Source: a virus (taxonomy: Duplodnaviria; Caudoviricetes). From it: a stretch of 64,000 nt of DNA. Both the position numbers and the translations under genes were made by a program. Under the pieces are notes generated by a model, which saw nothing but the letters and a program-made list of their open reading frames with translations, was not told the DNA's origin and searched no databases. Of the stretch, positions 44,211 through 53,617 are shown piece by piece. Each line of letters opens with the position of its first letter. The stretch's first letter is position 1. The stretch covers positions 8,780 through 72,779 of IMG/VR virus record IMGVR_UViG_2639763161_000004, one strand, 5' to 3'.

Positions 44211-44624
44211 TCATTTACTCATATGCTTAGAAATTATTAATTTCCTTATCTCTTGATAATTCGGGTCCAGTGGTTCCATGGAAACCTTTTTGTCAAGCTC
44301 TTCTAGCTCTGGCGTTGCCTTTGCTAGCGCATCTATATATTCGCTTGTGTTCAGATCAGGTAATGGCTTTAGTCTTGAAAGTTTTTTAAGGTTATCTTCT
44401 TCAATTAAAACGGATGCTTCTCTTTGAATTTTTTTTACCGCCGAAATATACATTTCTTCATGATTAGCTTTCATCCAATCATAAAAGCCCTTATCTGCGG
44501 CCTTTCTTTTCAACTCTCTGGCACTATATCGCCTGTTACCCATAACAACCTCGTCTAGTTGCTCGTCATGTTTCGCCATGGCAGGCAGTGACGAATCTGC
44601 TTTTCGGCTGGCCGGCCTAGCCAT
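44211..44624 (-). CDS. Hypothetical moron protein between Q and lysis genes
   Basis: AT-rich ORF with own terminator; start uncertain. Confidence 0.65.
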   Translation of the reverse strand: MARPASRKADSSLPAMAKHDEQLDEVVMGNRRYSARELKRKAADKGFYDWMKANHEEMYISAVKKIQREASVLIEEDNLKKLSRLKPLPDLNTSEYIDALAKATPELEELDKKVSMEPLDPNYQEIRKLIISKHMSK

Positions 44625-44869
44625 GGCTAACTCTAATATCTGCTCTGACGCTATTGCGATTAACTGCCCGGCACGTCTGCCCAGAGCGAATTCACCAAAA
44701 CAAAAACGCCCTGCCAGGCGGTGAACTCTGGAGGGCGCTTAATTGTCAGTCATTCGTTGCGGGGGAAGGACTAATTAGCTTATCTGCTCAACTACTACTG
44801 CCGGGAGCATACCACAAATCTATCAGTCTCATTTCGCGTTTTCAACATATTTTTCGCACAATGCAACAT

Positions 44870-45484
44870 TTAGGCAGCACTTTGTTGCACAATGCCATCC
44901 AGTTCACGCTTTATGGCATGATAGACGCTTTCTTCAAGCAGTTCCCGACACCATTTCACCCTTCGCCATGCCGACTGAACATCAATTCCGGTCAGTCTGG
45001 CGAGGTCTACGGCAATATCTTGCGAGCACTTTCGTTCGCAATGGTATTTAATAGCCACCAGTCGGATCGGATTGTTTGCTGCAAAGATGCGACAGATTAC
45101 AGATTCAACAAGGTCGGCATCTTCCTGCTCGTTGGCGCGGTCGAGAAGATTGCTGACAGTGTTTTGAGGGGAGATAATTTGCTTCGCTTTGTGGAATAGC
45201 TCTGTGCCGGTATAGCCTTGTTCATGCAGCGCGTTTACGACCTCCTTGATTCTTTCTGATTCCCTTTCGCTCCATTCCCCCCGAATCATCAACCGGCCTA
45301 TCACGTTTATCTTCCCGCCATCCGGCCCAACGCTTCCCCCGTACTTTTCACCCCACGTATTGAGCAGGCATCGTACCCAGGTGCGCTGCAAAGGTGTGAT
45401 GCTCTCCAGTTTCCCGAGATAACGCTTTTTCATTTCTGACTTGCGTGCGCAGTCTGTCAGTTGAGTGAACTGATCGCTCTTCAT
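44870..45484 (-). CDS. Q: Late antiterminator Q
   Basis: Last early gene before lysis cassette; C-terminal HTH (IAVDLARLTG...RRVKWC). Confidence 0.8.
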   Translation of the reverse strand: MKSDQFTQLTDCARKSEMKKRYLGKLESITPLQRTWVRCLLNTWGEKYGGSVGPDGGKINVIGRLMIRGEWSERESERIKEVVNALHEQGYTGTELFHKAKQIISPQNTVSNLLDRANEQEDADLVESVICRIFAANNPIRLVAIKYHCERKCSQDIAVDLARLTGIDVQSAWRRVKWCRELLEESVYHAIKRELDGIVQQSAA

Positions 45485-45594
45485 GGCTACCTCTGTTTAG
45501 TCTGGATTTTTTCTGGAGAAGGGAGTAATCGGTGCTGAATGGAATGTATAATGCTTTGCTGCCGAGCCGTAGTAGCTGCCAGTATTGCCTGAGG

Positions 45595-46002
45595 TCATCC
45601 ATGGAGATTCCTTACGCCTCGCAGAAGGTCGTCCATGCGCTGTATGGGGCTGTTTATTTTGCACTCATGGAAAATGCGATTGCCCTCCGTGGTTTTGCCT
45701 TTGCAGAGAAACACCATGGTTCGGGTATTGCGCCGCGCTTCTCGCCGCGCTAATTCACGCTCGCGGATTCGTTCCATTTCCAGCAATTGCCGCTCGCTGG
45801 GTGATTCCTTCACATAGCGCTTGCCCTGGTAGCCATTTATTTCGTAAATGACGCCAAGGTCTATCATTGCCTTGATAGCTTTACGGACAGTTGGAAGTGA
45901 GCACATGAAGATGTGTTGAATCTCACGAATGGAAAGTGTTGGCTGATTTTTTAGCGTGGCTTTGACCTGCTCTATGCCACTATCAAAGTTAATAACTTTC
46001 AT
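45595..46002 (-). CDS. Winged-HTH nin-region protein
   Basis: HTH-like N-terminus; NRIFHECK. Confidence 0.6.
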   Translation of the reverse strand: MKVINFDSGIEQVKATLKNQPTLSIREIQHIFMCSLPTVRKAIKAMIDLGVIYEINGYQGKRYVKESPSERQLLEMERIRERELARREARRNTRTMVFLCKGKTTEGNRIFHECKINSPIQRMDDLLRGVRNLHG

Positions 46003-46126
46003 GGCTTACTCCTGCGTTTTCGCCGGGACATCGCATCCCAGCTCTGGATGTGTGCTGGCTGGATTACTGGATAAATTGGACGGAATTGGAAAAGAAGCCG
46101 TCGCCATTTGGCTTTGAGGTATTCGG

Positions 46127-46753
46127 TCATGCTGCACACTCCATTTGACGTTTGCGCAATTTTTCGTAATGACGGGCCCGGCGTGTGAATATGCGCTTCA
46201 CTCGCTTCATATACTCGATGTCGAATTTGCGAACGGTATTTTCATGCTCAATGCGCTCAACCCTTTCAAGGCCGAACTTTTTGATGAGGTTGATTCGATA
46301 GGGGATCAGATTGCCTGACAGGTCTCGATTGCAGGTAACGCAACTGGCGTTATTGTTGAATACATTAAACCGAAGCCATGGAGCCGCTCCTCTTGACCTG
46401 TAATGACTGGCGTCTACTGCACCACCTCGCACGCCATAATTCAGTTTCCGTCCGCATGAGATGCAGGGCTTTCCGTAATCGCGCCAGAATATGAATTTAT
46501 TAACCGCTGCCTGAGCCTCTCTGTTCCAGTCTGATTTTCCCTTTAGCTTTTCCCTTCTCTGTCTCAAATCATCACGCTGTAACTTTTCCTGCTTGCGTAT
46601 TTCGCGAGCAGCAAGTTCCTCATCGCGCTTCTTGTTGAAGGCAATGGCGCATAGGTAGTTGTGGCAGACTTTCTGAATAGAACTTCGGGGAGTGTATTCA
46701 TTAGAGCAGATGGGGCATTTTCTCGGCTTCGGCTTTTTAGCCTTGACCATCAT
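46127..46753 (-). CDS. ninG: NinG/Rap recombination endonuclease
   Basis: CPIC, CISCG, DASHYRSRGAAP, CVTCN. Confidence 0.9.
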   Translation of the reverse strand: MMVKAKKPKPRKCPICSNEYTPRSSIQKVCHNYLCAIAFNKKRDEELAAREIRKQEKLQRDDLRQRREKLKGKSDWNREAQAAVNKFIFWRDYGKPCISCGRKLNYGVRGGAVDASHYRSRGAAPWLRFNVFNNNASCVTCNRDLSGNLIPYRINLIKKFGLERVERIEHENTVRKFDIEYMKRVKRIFTRRARHYEKLRKRQMECAA

Positions 46754-46807
46754 CGACCTCTCATGATTCCAGCTATGACGATTGATATGATGAAGATTCC
46801 CAGGATG

Positions 46808-46987
46808 TCAGCGAATGTCATTGTCTTCTCCTGATAAACGGTAATTTGGATCAAGCATCAGCGTTACCTCGCAGGCGGTGCAGCAATAAACCTGTGAGTC
46901 TGCCAGGGTAGTGCCGCAGAACGCGCAGGCAGTAACAGATTGCACGCCATCGCCAGTAGGCTGACTTGATTGGGTTGTGTCGCTCAT
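46808..46987 (-). CDS. ninF: NinF-like protein
   Basis: CAFCG...CCTAC..LMLDPN as in lambda NinF. Confidence 0.65.
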   Translation of the reverse strand: MSDTTQSSQPTGDGVQSVTACAFCGTTLADSQVYCCTACEVTLMLDPNYRLSGEDNDIR

Positions 46988-47093
46988 GGTTCTCCCATTC
47001 GATATCGCATTCACACTGGTTGCAGTTAGCGCCGTAGTGATATTTATCCTCTGAGGTGAGAGTGGTGTGACATCGGCAGCAGCGGTCATTCAT
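46851..47093 (-). CDS. Small Zn-finger nin-region protein
   Basis: CCRC...CNQC; overlaps NinF-like ORF. Confidence 0.5.
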   Translation of the reverse strand: MNDRCCRCHTTLTSEDKYHYGANCNQCECDIEWENHERHNPIKSAYWRWRAICYCLRVLRHYPGRLTGLLLHRLRGNADA

Positions 47094-47427
47094 TTGGCTT
47101 TTCTCTGGATTGGAGAAAAAGAATCATTGCCGCACGAAGGGGGTTGTCGCTTCTTACTGCTTCTTTATCCCAACCGTAAGCTGGCCTCGCAACCCATTTG
47201 CCACCATCTTGAGGCTCTGCAAAAACATCAGCTGCAAGGCAAATCATTTGCTTTTCAATAATCGGTCCGGCGTCCTTCCAACTTCTGCAATAATCTACGC
47301 TTCCTTCCGTAGTCCTTACGGTGCTTAATCCTGCCTCGCCGAAGTGTTGCCTTACGCTACAGTCAAAGCCTTGAATTACGGCAACAGACCGGTTGATTTC
47401 AAAGTCACTCATTTCGCTGTAATTCAT
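47086..47427 (-). CDS. ninX: NinX-family protein
   Basis: MNYSEMSDFEIN, DYC..W.DAGPII, NPLRAAMI. Confidence 0.8.
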   Translation of the reverse strand: MNYSEMSDFEINRSVAVIQGFDCSVRQHFGEAGLSTVRTTEGSVDYCRSWKDAGPIIEKQMICLAADVFAEPQDGGKWVARPAYGWDKEAVRSDNPLRAAMILFLQSREKPNE

Positions 47428-47630
47428 AACCTGCTCCACATTGGGTTTTTATACTGTTGGGTTGGTATTGGCTCCTCCCTGTACTCTGGCAACAACGCAG
47501 TAACAATCCACAGCCGCGGGTCGAATGCTAGAGTCTTGGTTGCCTGGATGTTTCGGAGTTTGTATCAGGAGAGGAGGTCGTCAGCGGTGGCCGCGTCGCA
47601 TGCGTCATGCACGAAGGGTGTGATTTTCAA
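47424..47630 (-). pseudogene. Small nin-region gene with in-frame TGA
   Basis: GGAG RBS + TTG; MKITPFVHD...DLLS*YKLRNIQATKTLAFDPRLWIVTALLPE; stop at 47565-47567. Confidence 0.6.
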
Positions 47631-47832
47631 TTTCTCCACCTTTGCTTCTGATGCCGCGATTACCCTGTGCCACCATCAGAACGCCGTTGATGACGATATG
47701 CTTTTTGGCTTCGAAGTCTCTGGCGTATTCGCGGACTGTGTGTCTGCTTATGCCGAGTATCTCGCCAACTTTTGTCTGATTGCCTCTGGTGGTGACCAGT
47801 AGCTCAGGAATGGTTTTAATCAGTGCGTTCAT
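47605..47832 (-). CDS. ninH: NinH-like Fis-type DNA-binding protein
   Basis: TIPELLVTTRGNQTKV...HIVINGVLMV. Confidence 0.85.
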   Translation of the reverse strand: MNALIKTIPELLVTTRGNQTKVGEILGISRHTVREYARDFEAKKHIVINGVLMVAQGNRGIRSKGGEIENHTLRA

Positions 47833-48110
47833 GCTGCACTCTCCTGATACAAAGACAGCCAGCGCTTGAGTTCATGCAAAGTCTCAGCCGCTATTTGACC
47901 GCCGTCATGCTGGGTCAGGCTTACGGCCATAATCCCAATGCCAGTAAAGTGAGTGCCGCGGTCTTTTCGCAGGGTGAAATAGATAACACCGCGGTCAAAG
48001 GATGGCTCTCTGCCCTCTATGCTCAATAATTTCGGCTTACCTTCGTCGTATTCATTGCAAATCTTGAAAAATTGCGCCTGCGTAATTTCTCTACCCTTTA
48101 GTGGTGTCAT
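47829..48110 (-). CDS. Hypothetical protein
   Basis: ATGA coupling on both sides. Confidence 0.65.
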   Translation of the reverse strand: MTPLKGREITQAQFFKICNEYDEGKPKLLSIEGREPSFDRGVIYFTLRKDRGTHFTGIGIMAVSLTQHDGGQIAAETLHELKRWLSLYQESAA

Positions 48111-48541
48111 GCTGCACTCCCGAATCTGTTGGCCCATTCTGCCGCCTGCGCTGATTCATCGCTGAACCTGACTCCGCGCTCGGCACCGAAGGCATGAATT
48201 AACGTGATTAAATCCCGCATCTCGCTGACGCGCATCTTGCTGGTTGACTGACCGAGAACGACAAATCCGCCGTTGATACCCGGCACTGTCTCCTGCCCTT
48301 TCAGGCTGGCGCTGAAGATATGCTTCCAGCTCTCTGAGTCGAGTTTCTTCCCATACCAGACCACCTGGCTCGATACGTCATGCAGGCAGGCCCAAAGCAT
48401 GCGGTTCTGCGCAAGGCTGCGGGTATCTTCCTGGATGGTCACTTGCAGAGGTTTGTCGGTGTCGGTGGGTAGTTGCTGAATGGTACTGATGCAGTTCTGT
48501 CGTATGCTGTTGTTACGCAACAGGTAGGTCATCTTCTCCAT
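48107..48541 (-). CDS. ninB: NinB/Orf recombination mediator
   Basis: RSLAQNRMLWACL.DVS.QV.W, GQSTSKM. Confidence 0.9.
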   Translation of the reverse strand: MEKMTYLLRNNSIRQNCISTIQQLPTDTDKPLQVTIQEDTRSLAQNRMLWACLHDVSSQVVWYGKKLDSESWKHIFSASLKGQETVPGINGGFVVLGQSTSKMRVSEMRDLITLIHAFGAERGVRFSDESAQAAEWANRFGSAA

Positions 48542-48803
48542 AATCTTGCTCTCGTTTAAGGGCTTCTAAGTTATATCCACCTTGCTTGTCGATGAGTTGG
48601 CGAATTTCACGCACTGCGTCGTTCTGTTTCGTCGGCATTTTGTCGCTATTCGCAGATTTGGCCTCAATCATCTTCTGCACCAACGCTAAAGCCTCATCAG
48701 CGATGCGCTTCTGCTCTGGTGTTGGGTTGGTGTCGTGGATGGTGTCGATGAGTTCGTAGAGATTGCGGAGTGGGTCAGGTCGGAGTGGGATGACGTTGTT
48801 CAT
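48513..48803 (-). CDS. Hypothetical protein
   Basis: ORF in early-right operon. Confidence 0.6.
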   Translation of the reverse strand: MNNVIPLRPDPLRNLYELIDTIHDTNPTPEQKRIADEALALVQKMIEAKSANSDKMPTKQNDAVREIRQLIDKQGGYNLEALKREQDYGEDDLPVA

Positions 48804-48806
48804 GGA

Positions 48807-48956
48807 TTAATCCCCAAGGATTTTTATTGCGTTAACAATGTCCTCAATCGGGTCATCGCTATCATTGATAATCTCCCATACGGAATCATCTTCCTCAACC
48901 TCGTAGTATTGCTTGAGGGCATTAAATACATTTTCATAAGTTATTTCTGGATTCAT
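48807..48956 (-). CDS. Small acidic hypothetical protein
   Basis: GGGGG RBS; MNPEITYE...EVEEDD. Confidence 0.55.
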   Translation of the reverse strand: MNPEITYENVFNALKQYYEVEEDDSVWEIINDSDDPIEDIVNAIKILGD

Positions 48957-49103
48957 ACTTCCCCCTGCTTGCTTTTCAATGCTGCCTGCCATGTGAAAAA
49001 CATGATGTCTTTCAGGTATGGTCCGGTTCTATCTGGGTGGTATGAGGATTTAAACCATGCGTTAAACGCTTCTCTCTGCCGCTCCATCTCATCGTTGCTT
49101 GCT

Positions 49104-49388
49104 TCACTGGCGGCTAGTTGGCGCATGAGTCCTCCCGGGCATGGAAAAAGCGATAATCCAGCATGTAATAGGAATGCTTAAAGTCACAACAACCATCAAA
49201 AAACGAACGAATAATGCAAAAGTAAATTCTTTTACGGAATCATCAAGGCTGATTTCTGGCAGGTGCCTGCTTCGAACTCTGCTTGAAAATGCTCGGTTAA
49301 TAACGGCGCTAACCTTAGTGAGATAACATGGCTGATAGCCATTTTTTACGGCCCCATCAGGGCTGTTGATGTAATCAAACACATTCAT
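49104..49388 (-). CDS. Hypothetical membrane protein
   Basis: GGGGG RBS; C-terminal hydrophobic segment. Confidence 0.5.
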   Translation of the reverse strand: MNVFDYINSPDGAVKNGYQPCYLTKVSAVINRAFSSRVRSRHLPEISLDDSVKEFTFALFVRFLMVVVTLSIPITCWIIAFSMPGRTHAPTSRQ

Positions 49389-49436
49389 CCTAAAACCCCC
49401 CTCTCTTTGGTTTAACCGGCTGCTGGCGTGAGTCCA

Positions 49437-50828
49437 TCATACGGCTGCCCCGCGCTGGTATTTGCGTGGTGCCGAAGTTTCCTGCTGATGCTTAGGCCTG
49501 CAAATTTTCTCAGCTTCTTGCTGGTCAGTTGGTTTGAAGTGGCCGTTTCTGAACTCCTGAAATACTGTTCCCAGTTGTCCAAATCGGTTTTTGGTGACGA
49601 TGATTTCTGCATACTTAGCCGCAGGTGATTCCTCGTCGTAAACAGCTTCTCTGTAAAGCATGATGATGCTGTCGGCGTCCTGCTCAATGCTTCCTGAATC
49701 TCGCAGGTCTGCATTTGTCGGCCGACGCTGTCCCTTTGGGCGCTTCTCAACGTCTCGGGAAAGTTGACTGAGTGACATGACCGGAGTTTTTAAATCCTTT
49801 GCCATGCGCTTGAGACTTCCTGAGATGTGAGCAATGGCAAGGTCGTTGCGATCTGCCTTGGGCTTGTCAATAAGACCCAGATAGTCAACCAGGATGAGTG
49901 AAAGTGAGGGGTAGGTACGCTTGTGGCGCTCTGCAATGGCGCGGATTTGCTCGACGGTCATTTTACTGGCATCGACAATCCATACATCAAGCTCCATCAG
50001 AGTTCCCAGACCCATGGTTACTTTGGCCCAGCCCTCATCATCCATCTTTGAGGGGTTACGCAGTGCTGATACAGGCAAATTTCCGGCACCGGCAATCTGA
50101 CGCTCGACGATCTGATTGCTGTCCATTTCCATGCTGAAAATCATCACACCGCGTTTCTTATCGCTTCCAGGGCAAGGTTGCTTTGCCACTCCCTCAGCTA
50201 CGGTAAGCGCGAACTCTGTTTTACCCATGCCGGGGCGCGCTGCAACAATCACCAAATCGACGTTGTTAATTCCACCGGTAATCTGATCCAGCTCTGGAAT
50301 CCCTGTCTTTAGCGTATCGGAGTCATCACCCTGCCTCAGTCGCTTCTCGAGAAGGTCGTTATATCCATCCAAAACATCGCGAATGTGCATCGGTCGAACC
50401 TGATCGCTCGGACGGTCAACCTCACTTAGCGACGCCATGAATTCGCTGATATGGTTCATGGCTATCTCATGATTACCCGAGGTGTTGATTGCATCCTGCC
50501 CCCTGGATAGCAGCTCGCTAAATCGGCGCACCATTGAGTATTCACTTACAACGCGAGCATACCCTTTCAGGTTTGCGGCGCTGGGAGTCTGGCGCATGGT
50601 CTGCATTATGTGACCAAAATTGCCTTCACCCATTGCCTCAGCAACCATCAGTCCGTCAATCAGTCCACGCTGTTTAGCCTGTCGCTTAATCTCGCGGAAA
50701 GTCTCACGGTAAAGCGTCGTGCTAAATGCTGATTCATCGAGAGTGGCGATTACGTCTCCTGCATCCGGCGTATAACCGCCAATCAGCAGCCCTCCAATCA
50801 CACTGGCTTCAATGTCTGTGTTTGTCAT
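49437..50828 (-). CDS. dnaB: DnaB-like replicative helicase (P22 gp12-like)
   Basis: [45 protein letters not shown]. Confidence 0.95.
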   Translation of the reverse strand: MTNTDIEASVIGGLLIGGYTPDAGDVIATLDESAFSTTLYRETFREIKRQAKQRGLIDGLMVAEAMGEGNFGHIMQTMRQTPSAANLKGYARVVSEYSMVRRFSELLSRGQDAINTSGNHEIAMNHISEFMASLSEVDRPSDQVRPMHIRDVLDGYNDLLEKRLRQGDDSDTLKTGIPELDQITGGINNVDLVIVAARPGMGKTEFALTVAEGVAKQPCPGSDKKRGVMIFSMEMDSNQIVERQIAGAGNLPVSALRNPSKMDDEGWAKVTMGLGTLMELDVWIVDASKMTVEQIRAIAERHKRTYPSLSLILVDYLGLIDKPKADRNDLAIAHISGSLKRMAKDLKTPVMSLSQLSRDVEKRPKGQRRPTNADLRDSGSIEQDADSIIMLYREAVYDEESPAAKYAEIIVTKNRFGQLGTVFQEFRNGHFKPTDQQEAEKICRPKHQQETSAPRKYQRGAAV

Positions 50829-51640
50829 AGCGTTCCCTCGCGAACTTTGGTGAGTGTTTTGCGTTGAAGCAGGAAGTCGAATGTCGCCACCCATTCACGA
50901 TCGTTATCACCGAAGTGGAATGGGCGAGCCTGCTGCATGAAGGCGCTGACGTAAGCACGAAAGCCGTCTTCGTTTGGCGTAGCCAGGGAGGTGACGATGG
51001 TTTTGAGTTTGCGCTTACGTTCTTCACTGAGTTCGACTGCATGAGGAAGTCTTTCACCAGCAAGTTCGTTGTAGCTCTGCATGCAGGCTTCGTAGTTGAT
51101 GTGAACTGGTTTTCTCTTTGCAGGTTTAGCCCGGTCGGCACTTACACCCGTAGGGGGTAAGGGGGTGTTTTCTTTTTTCTTTTGAATAGTTTCTTTTGTG
51201 TGACTCTGTTTTGGTGACACCCCTGTCACCGTTTTGGTGACATTATTTGTCACCAATGCAGTGACATTATCACCAGAGTAGTGACACCCGGTCACACACC
51301 ACTCCGAAACTTCTTTGTTTGGGCCAATCTTGTTACCCTCGCGGATGATGACTTTCATCTCGATAAGCTCATTCTTGGCCTTGTTAACTTTCTGGCGGGG
51401 AAGTCTTGTCAGCTCTGCAAGCTGGCTGTCGGCAATGCGGTCCATCTTCTTGCCAAAGCCATAAGTTTTACGGCAGATGGCATGTGCTACCTTGCTCTGA
51501 TTCTTCGTTAAATCAGCACCGATAAGCTCGTCATACAGCGCATTGGCAAGACGGGTGAATCCATCTTCCAGTTGAGCCACGCGACGCTCCATACCCTCCG
51601 TAGAAGGGCGATAATCTGATAGGTTACGTACAACACTCAT
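50825..51640 (-). CDS. Replication initiator (lambda O / P22 gp18-like)
   Basis: [20 protein letters not shown]; internal iterons. Confidence 0.9.
   Translation of the reverse strand: MSVVRNLSDYRPSTEGMERRVAQLEDGFTRLANALYDELIGADLTKNQSKVAHAICRKTYGFGKKMDRIADSQLAELTRLPRQKVNKAKNELIEMKVIIREGNKIGPNKEVSEWCVTGCHYSGDNVTALVTNNVTKTVTGVSPKQSHTKETIQKKKENTPLPPTGVSADRAKPAKRKPVHINYEACMQSYNELAGERLPHAVELSEERKRKLKTIVTSLATPNEDGFRAYVSAFMQQARPFHFGDNDREWVATFDFLLQRKTLTKVREGTL
51167..51286. promoter_or_regulatory. Phage replication origin: 4 iterons plus AT-rich tract
   Basis: TGTCACC-N5-RGTGACA-like palindromes at 51201, 51224, 51248, 51268; T-tract at 51167-51197. Confidence 0.85.
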
Positions 51641-51780
51641 TTGCCCTTCTCCTTCACCTTGTGCTCTTCCAGTATCTCTCGCAGCTTCTCAGCCAGAATC
51701 GGGTTACATGAGCGCAAATATCGGGATCGGGTAATGTTTTTGTGTAAATCCGCCTGGTACACAACGTGTTTCTTTGGCAT
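51637..51780 (-). CDS. 47-aa conserved ORF between cII and O (not in ORF track)
   Basis: AGGAG RBS; MPKKHVVYQADLHKNITR...; ATGA overlap with O. Confidence 0.7.
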   Translation of the reverse strand: MPKKHVVYQADLHKNITRSRYLRSCNPILAEKLREILEEHKVKEKGK

Positions 51781-51790
51781 AATTACTCCT

Positions 51791-51857
51791 GTGAATTGAT
51801 CCAGTCATTTCGCATCAGGCCTCAAAGTTGTTAGCGCAACTTGAGGCTTTTTCTTTT
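51791..51857 (+). ncRNA. oop-like antisense RNA and terminator overlapping the cII 3' end
   Basis: GATCCAGT start like lambda oop; GCCTCAAAGTTG-ttagcg-CAACTTGAGGC + T-run. Confidence 0.6.
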
Positions 51858-52087
51858 CCCATCGCAGCAGCTACTGCCTGGCGGGCAACTTCTGCAATCA
51901 GGCTCGTTTCCCAAACCTTCTCAAGCAGCACGAAAACCGTTGCCATGTCGCGCAGGTTTAACCGGCTTACTTTCGATTCATGCCATCCGGCCTCATCAGC
52001 CAGAACGCGCTGACCTTTGTGCGTAAGGCGACTGCGTAATTCTGTCTCTACTTCGTTGATCAACTTGCTGTTTCTTGCTTGTTCCAT
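51815..52087 (-). CDS. cII: CII activator
   Basis: GQRVLADEAGWHESKVSR HTH; position. Confidence 0.88.
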   Translation of the reverse strand: MEQARNSKLINEVETELRSRLTHKGQRVLADEAGWHESKVSRLNLRDMATVFVLLEKVWETSLIAEVARQAVAAAMGKEKASSCANNFEA

Positions 52088-52097
52088 GATTAATAAT
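52065..52097 (+). promoter_or_regulatory. pRE (CII-activated promoter)
   Basis: TTGC-tgtttc-TTGC then 13 bp then AATAAT, same geometry as lambda pRE. Confidence 0.8.
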
Positions 52098-52154
52098 TTC
52101 CTTGTAGGTAAATGATTGCGTGACATTGCGGTGAGCAAGTCACTTGGGTATTTC

Positions 52155-52191
52155 AGGGACGAAACATCCCCAGCCGAATTGATAAAGAGCG
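52155..52191 (-). promoter_or_regulatory. nutR (boxA + boxB)
   Basis: Minus strand CGCTCTTTATCAA then GGGGATGTTTCGTCCCT hairpin. Confidence 0.85.
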
Positions 52192-52198
52192 GTGTTTC

Positions 52199-52426
52199 TT
52201 ATGCTGCCCGATCCGGTTTAGGGAACAGGTTTGGTAAATCTGGGCGAATCTGGTGAGCCTGAATTCGACCCTCAGTTGCCAATACCAGAGAAGCAACGTT
52301 TTGGGGCGCTACCTTTGCCTTGTTGTGCAGCCATTTCTGAACGGCTGCCTGACTCACACCGCACGCTTGAGCTAATTCCTTTTGCGTGCCTACGATGGCA
52401 ATGGCAGTTTTAATAACATGGTTCAT
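52199..52426 (-). CDS. cro: Cro repressor (YdaS-like)
   Basis: GTQKELAQACGVSQAAVQKW, IRPDL; GGAGG RBS. Confidence 0.9.
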   Translation of the reverse strand: MNHVIKTAIAIVGTQKELAQACGVSQAAVQKWLHNKAKVAPQNVASLVLATEGRIQAHQIRPDLPNLFPKPDRAA

Positions 52427-52462
52427 AAAAAACCACCTCCGTTGTAATAACAACTCAAATAT

Positions 52463-52528
52463 ATAACTTTGGTTGTTATTATGCAAACACTTTAGTTGTT
52501 TGACGGTGTATTACTGTGGTTGTATTTT
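52463..52528. promoter_or_regulatory. oR operators and pRM (leaderless cI mRNA)
   Basis: 14-bp sites ending GTTGT at 52463, 52486, 52510; TTGACG-17-TATTTT ending 7 nt before the cI ATG. Confidence 0.75.
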
Positions 52529-52535
52529 GCGCGGC

Positions 52536-53261
52536 ATGAAAATGACACTTGCAGAACGCTTAAAGCTCGCAATGCGCGAGGCGGGAGTAACACAAGCTGG
52601 CCTGGCTGAACGGGTTGGCGTGTCTCAGGCCGCCATTCAAAAATTAACATCAGGTAAAGCCTTAAGCTCAACTAAGTTGATCAAGATCGCCGAATCATTA
52701 GGAGTAAGTGCTACATGGTTGGCAGATGAGACCGGTCCGATGTATGTTAGTCGAAGCGGTGAGCATCACCCTGCATCGACAATACCTTCAGAGGATAAAT
52801 GGATCACGGTTGACCCTTGGGACACTTCTACACCTTTAGAAGATGACGAGGTTGAGGTTCCATTTCTCAAAGATATTGAATTCGCATGTGGTGATGGCTC
52901 GATTTCAGACGAGGACTACAACGGATTCATGCTACGTTTTTCAAAAGCCACCATGAGAAGAAGCGGGGTCAATAGCGATGGCTCCGGTGTCCTGTGCTTT
53001 CCCGCGCATGGAAACAGCATGGAGCCAGTAATACCCGAAGGAACTACAGTAGCTGTTAACTGTTTGGACAAAAAAGTTGTTGATGGCAAGCTGTACGCCA
53101 TTAGCCAGGGCGGATGGAAAAGATTAAAGCTTCTTTACCGTACAGGCCCCGAGAAATTAGCTATCAGAAGCTACAACTCAGATGAGTACCCCGATGAAGA
53201 AGTAGACATGAAAGATGTAGAGATCATCGGAAGAGTATTCTGGTCTTCAACCCTCTGGTAA
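52536..53261 (+). CDS. cI: CI repressor (HTH + S24 peptidase)
   Basis: TLAERLK..TQAGLAERVGVSQAAIQK; ACG cleavage region; GNSMEP; IIGRV. Confidence 0.95.
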   Translation: MKMTLAERLKLAMREAGVTQAGLAERVGVSQAAIQKLTSGKALSSTKLIKIAESLGVSATWLADETGPMYVSRSGEHHPASTIPSEDKWITVDPWDTSTPLEDDEVEVPFLKDIEFACGDGSISDEDYNGFMLRFSKATMRRSGVNSDGSGVLCFPAHGNSMEPVIPEGTTVAVNCLDKKVVDGKLYAISQGGWKRLKLLYRTGPEKLAIRSYNSDEYPDEEVDMKDVEIIGRVFWSSTLW

Positions 53262-53278
53262 ACCACCTCAAATAAATG

Positions 53279-53300
53279 ACCCGCTCCGGCGGGTTTTTTA
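53279..53300 (+). terminator. Terminator after cI
   Basis: ACCCGC-tccg-GCGGGT-TTTTT. Confidence 0.8.
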
Positions 53301-53339
53301 TTACCAAATAAAATATTTATAACTATTTTACCTTCCAAA

Positions 53340-53413
53340 ACAACCACAAAACAACCATATCGCATTTATTTACAACCAAAGTTGTTGACATGATTACAAC
53401 CATAGTTTTAAAT
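53340..53413 (+). promoter_or_regulatory. oL operators and pL
   Basis: ACAACCAAAGTTGT at 53372, ACAACCATAGTTTT at 53396, further ACAACC half-sites; TTGACA at 53385. Confidence 0.75.
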
Positions 53414-53453
53414 AGGTTCATCAGCAGGACGCTGGCGAAACATGAAACGGATT

Positions 53454-53491
53454 TGCTCTTTAACAATTGAGAATGGGGATGATTCGTCCCC
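53454..53491 (+). promoter_or_regulatory. nutL (boxA + boxB)
   Basis: TGCTCTTTAACAA then GGGGATGATTCGTCCCC, nearly identical to nutR boxB. Confidence 0.85.
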
Positions 53492-53512
53492 GCCAAAGTG
53501 CAGTTGGCTTTG

Positions 53513-53596
53513 GGGTGTGTAGCTCAGCAGGTAGAGCGGATTCGTAGGCCCAGCCATGGAATCGCGTCACCGGTTCAATTCCGGTCACACCACCCA
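53513..53596 (+). ncRNA. tRNA-like cloverleaf with enlarged anticodon arm in the N leader
   Basis: TA-GCTC-AGCAGGTA-GAGC D arm; GATTC/GAATC stem around 15 nt; ACCGG-TTCAATT-CCGGT T arm; GGTGTG/CACACC acceptor; 3' CCA. Confidence 0.8.
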
Positions 53597-53617
53597 AGTC
53601 AATTACCGGAGGTAACT

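Noticed and set aside
44654..45199. 181-aa + strand ORF
   Set aside because: Antisense to Q and the pR' region, TTG start, no recognisable motif
51201..51296. Novel repeat array
   Set aside because: Explained as replication-origin iterons within the O-like gene
53513..53596. Functional tRNA-Trp (central CCA)
   Set aside because: 15-nt anticodon region, no U33 and a G1:A72 mismatch; kept only as a tRNA-like RNA
53498..53617. N-terminal extension of N from the GTG in the ORF track
   Set aside because: Runs through the structured leader; the strong GGAGG RBS is at ATG 53618
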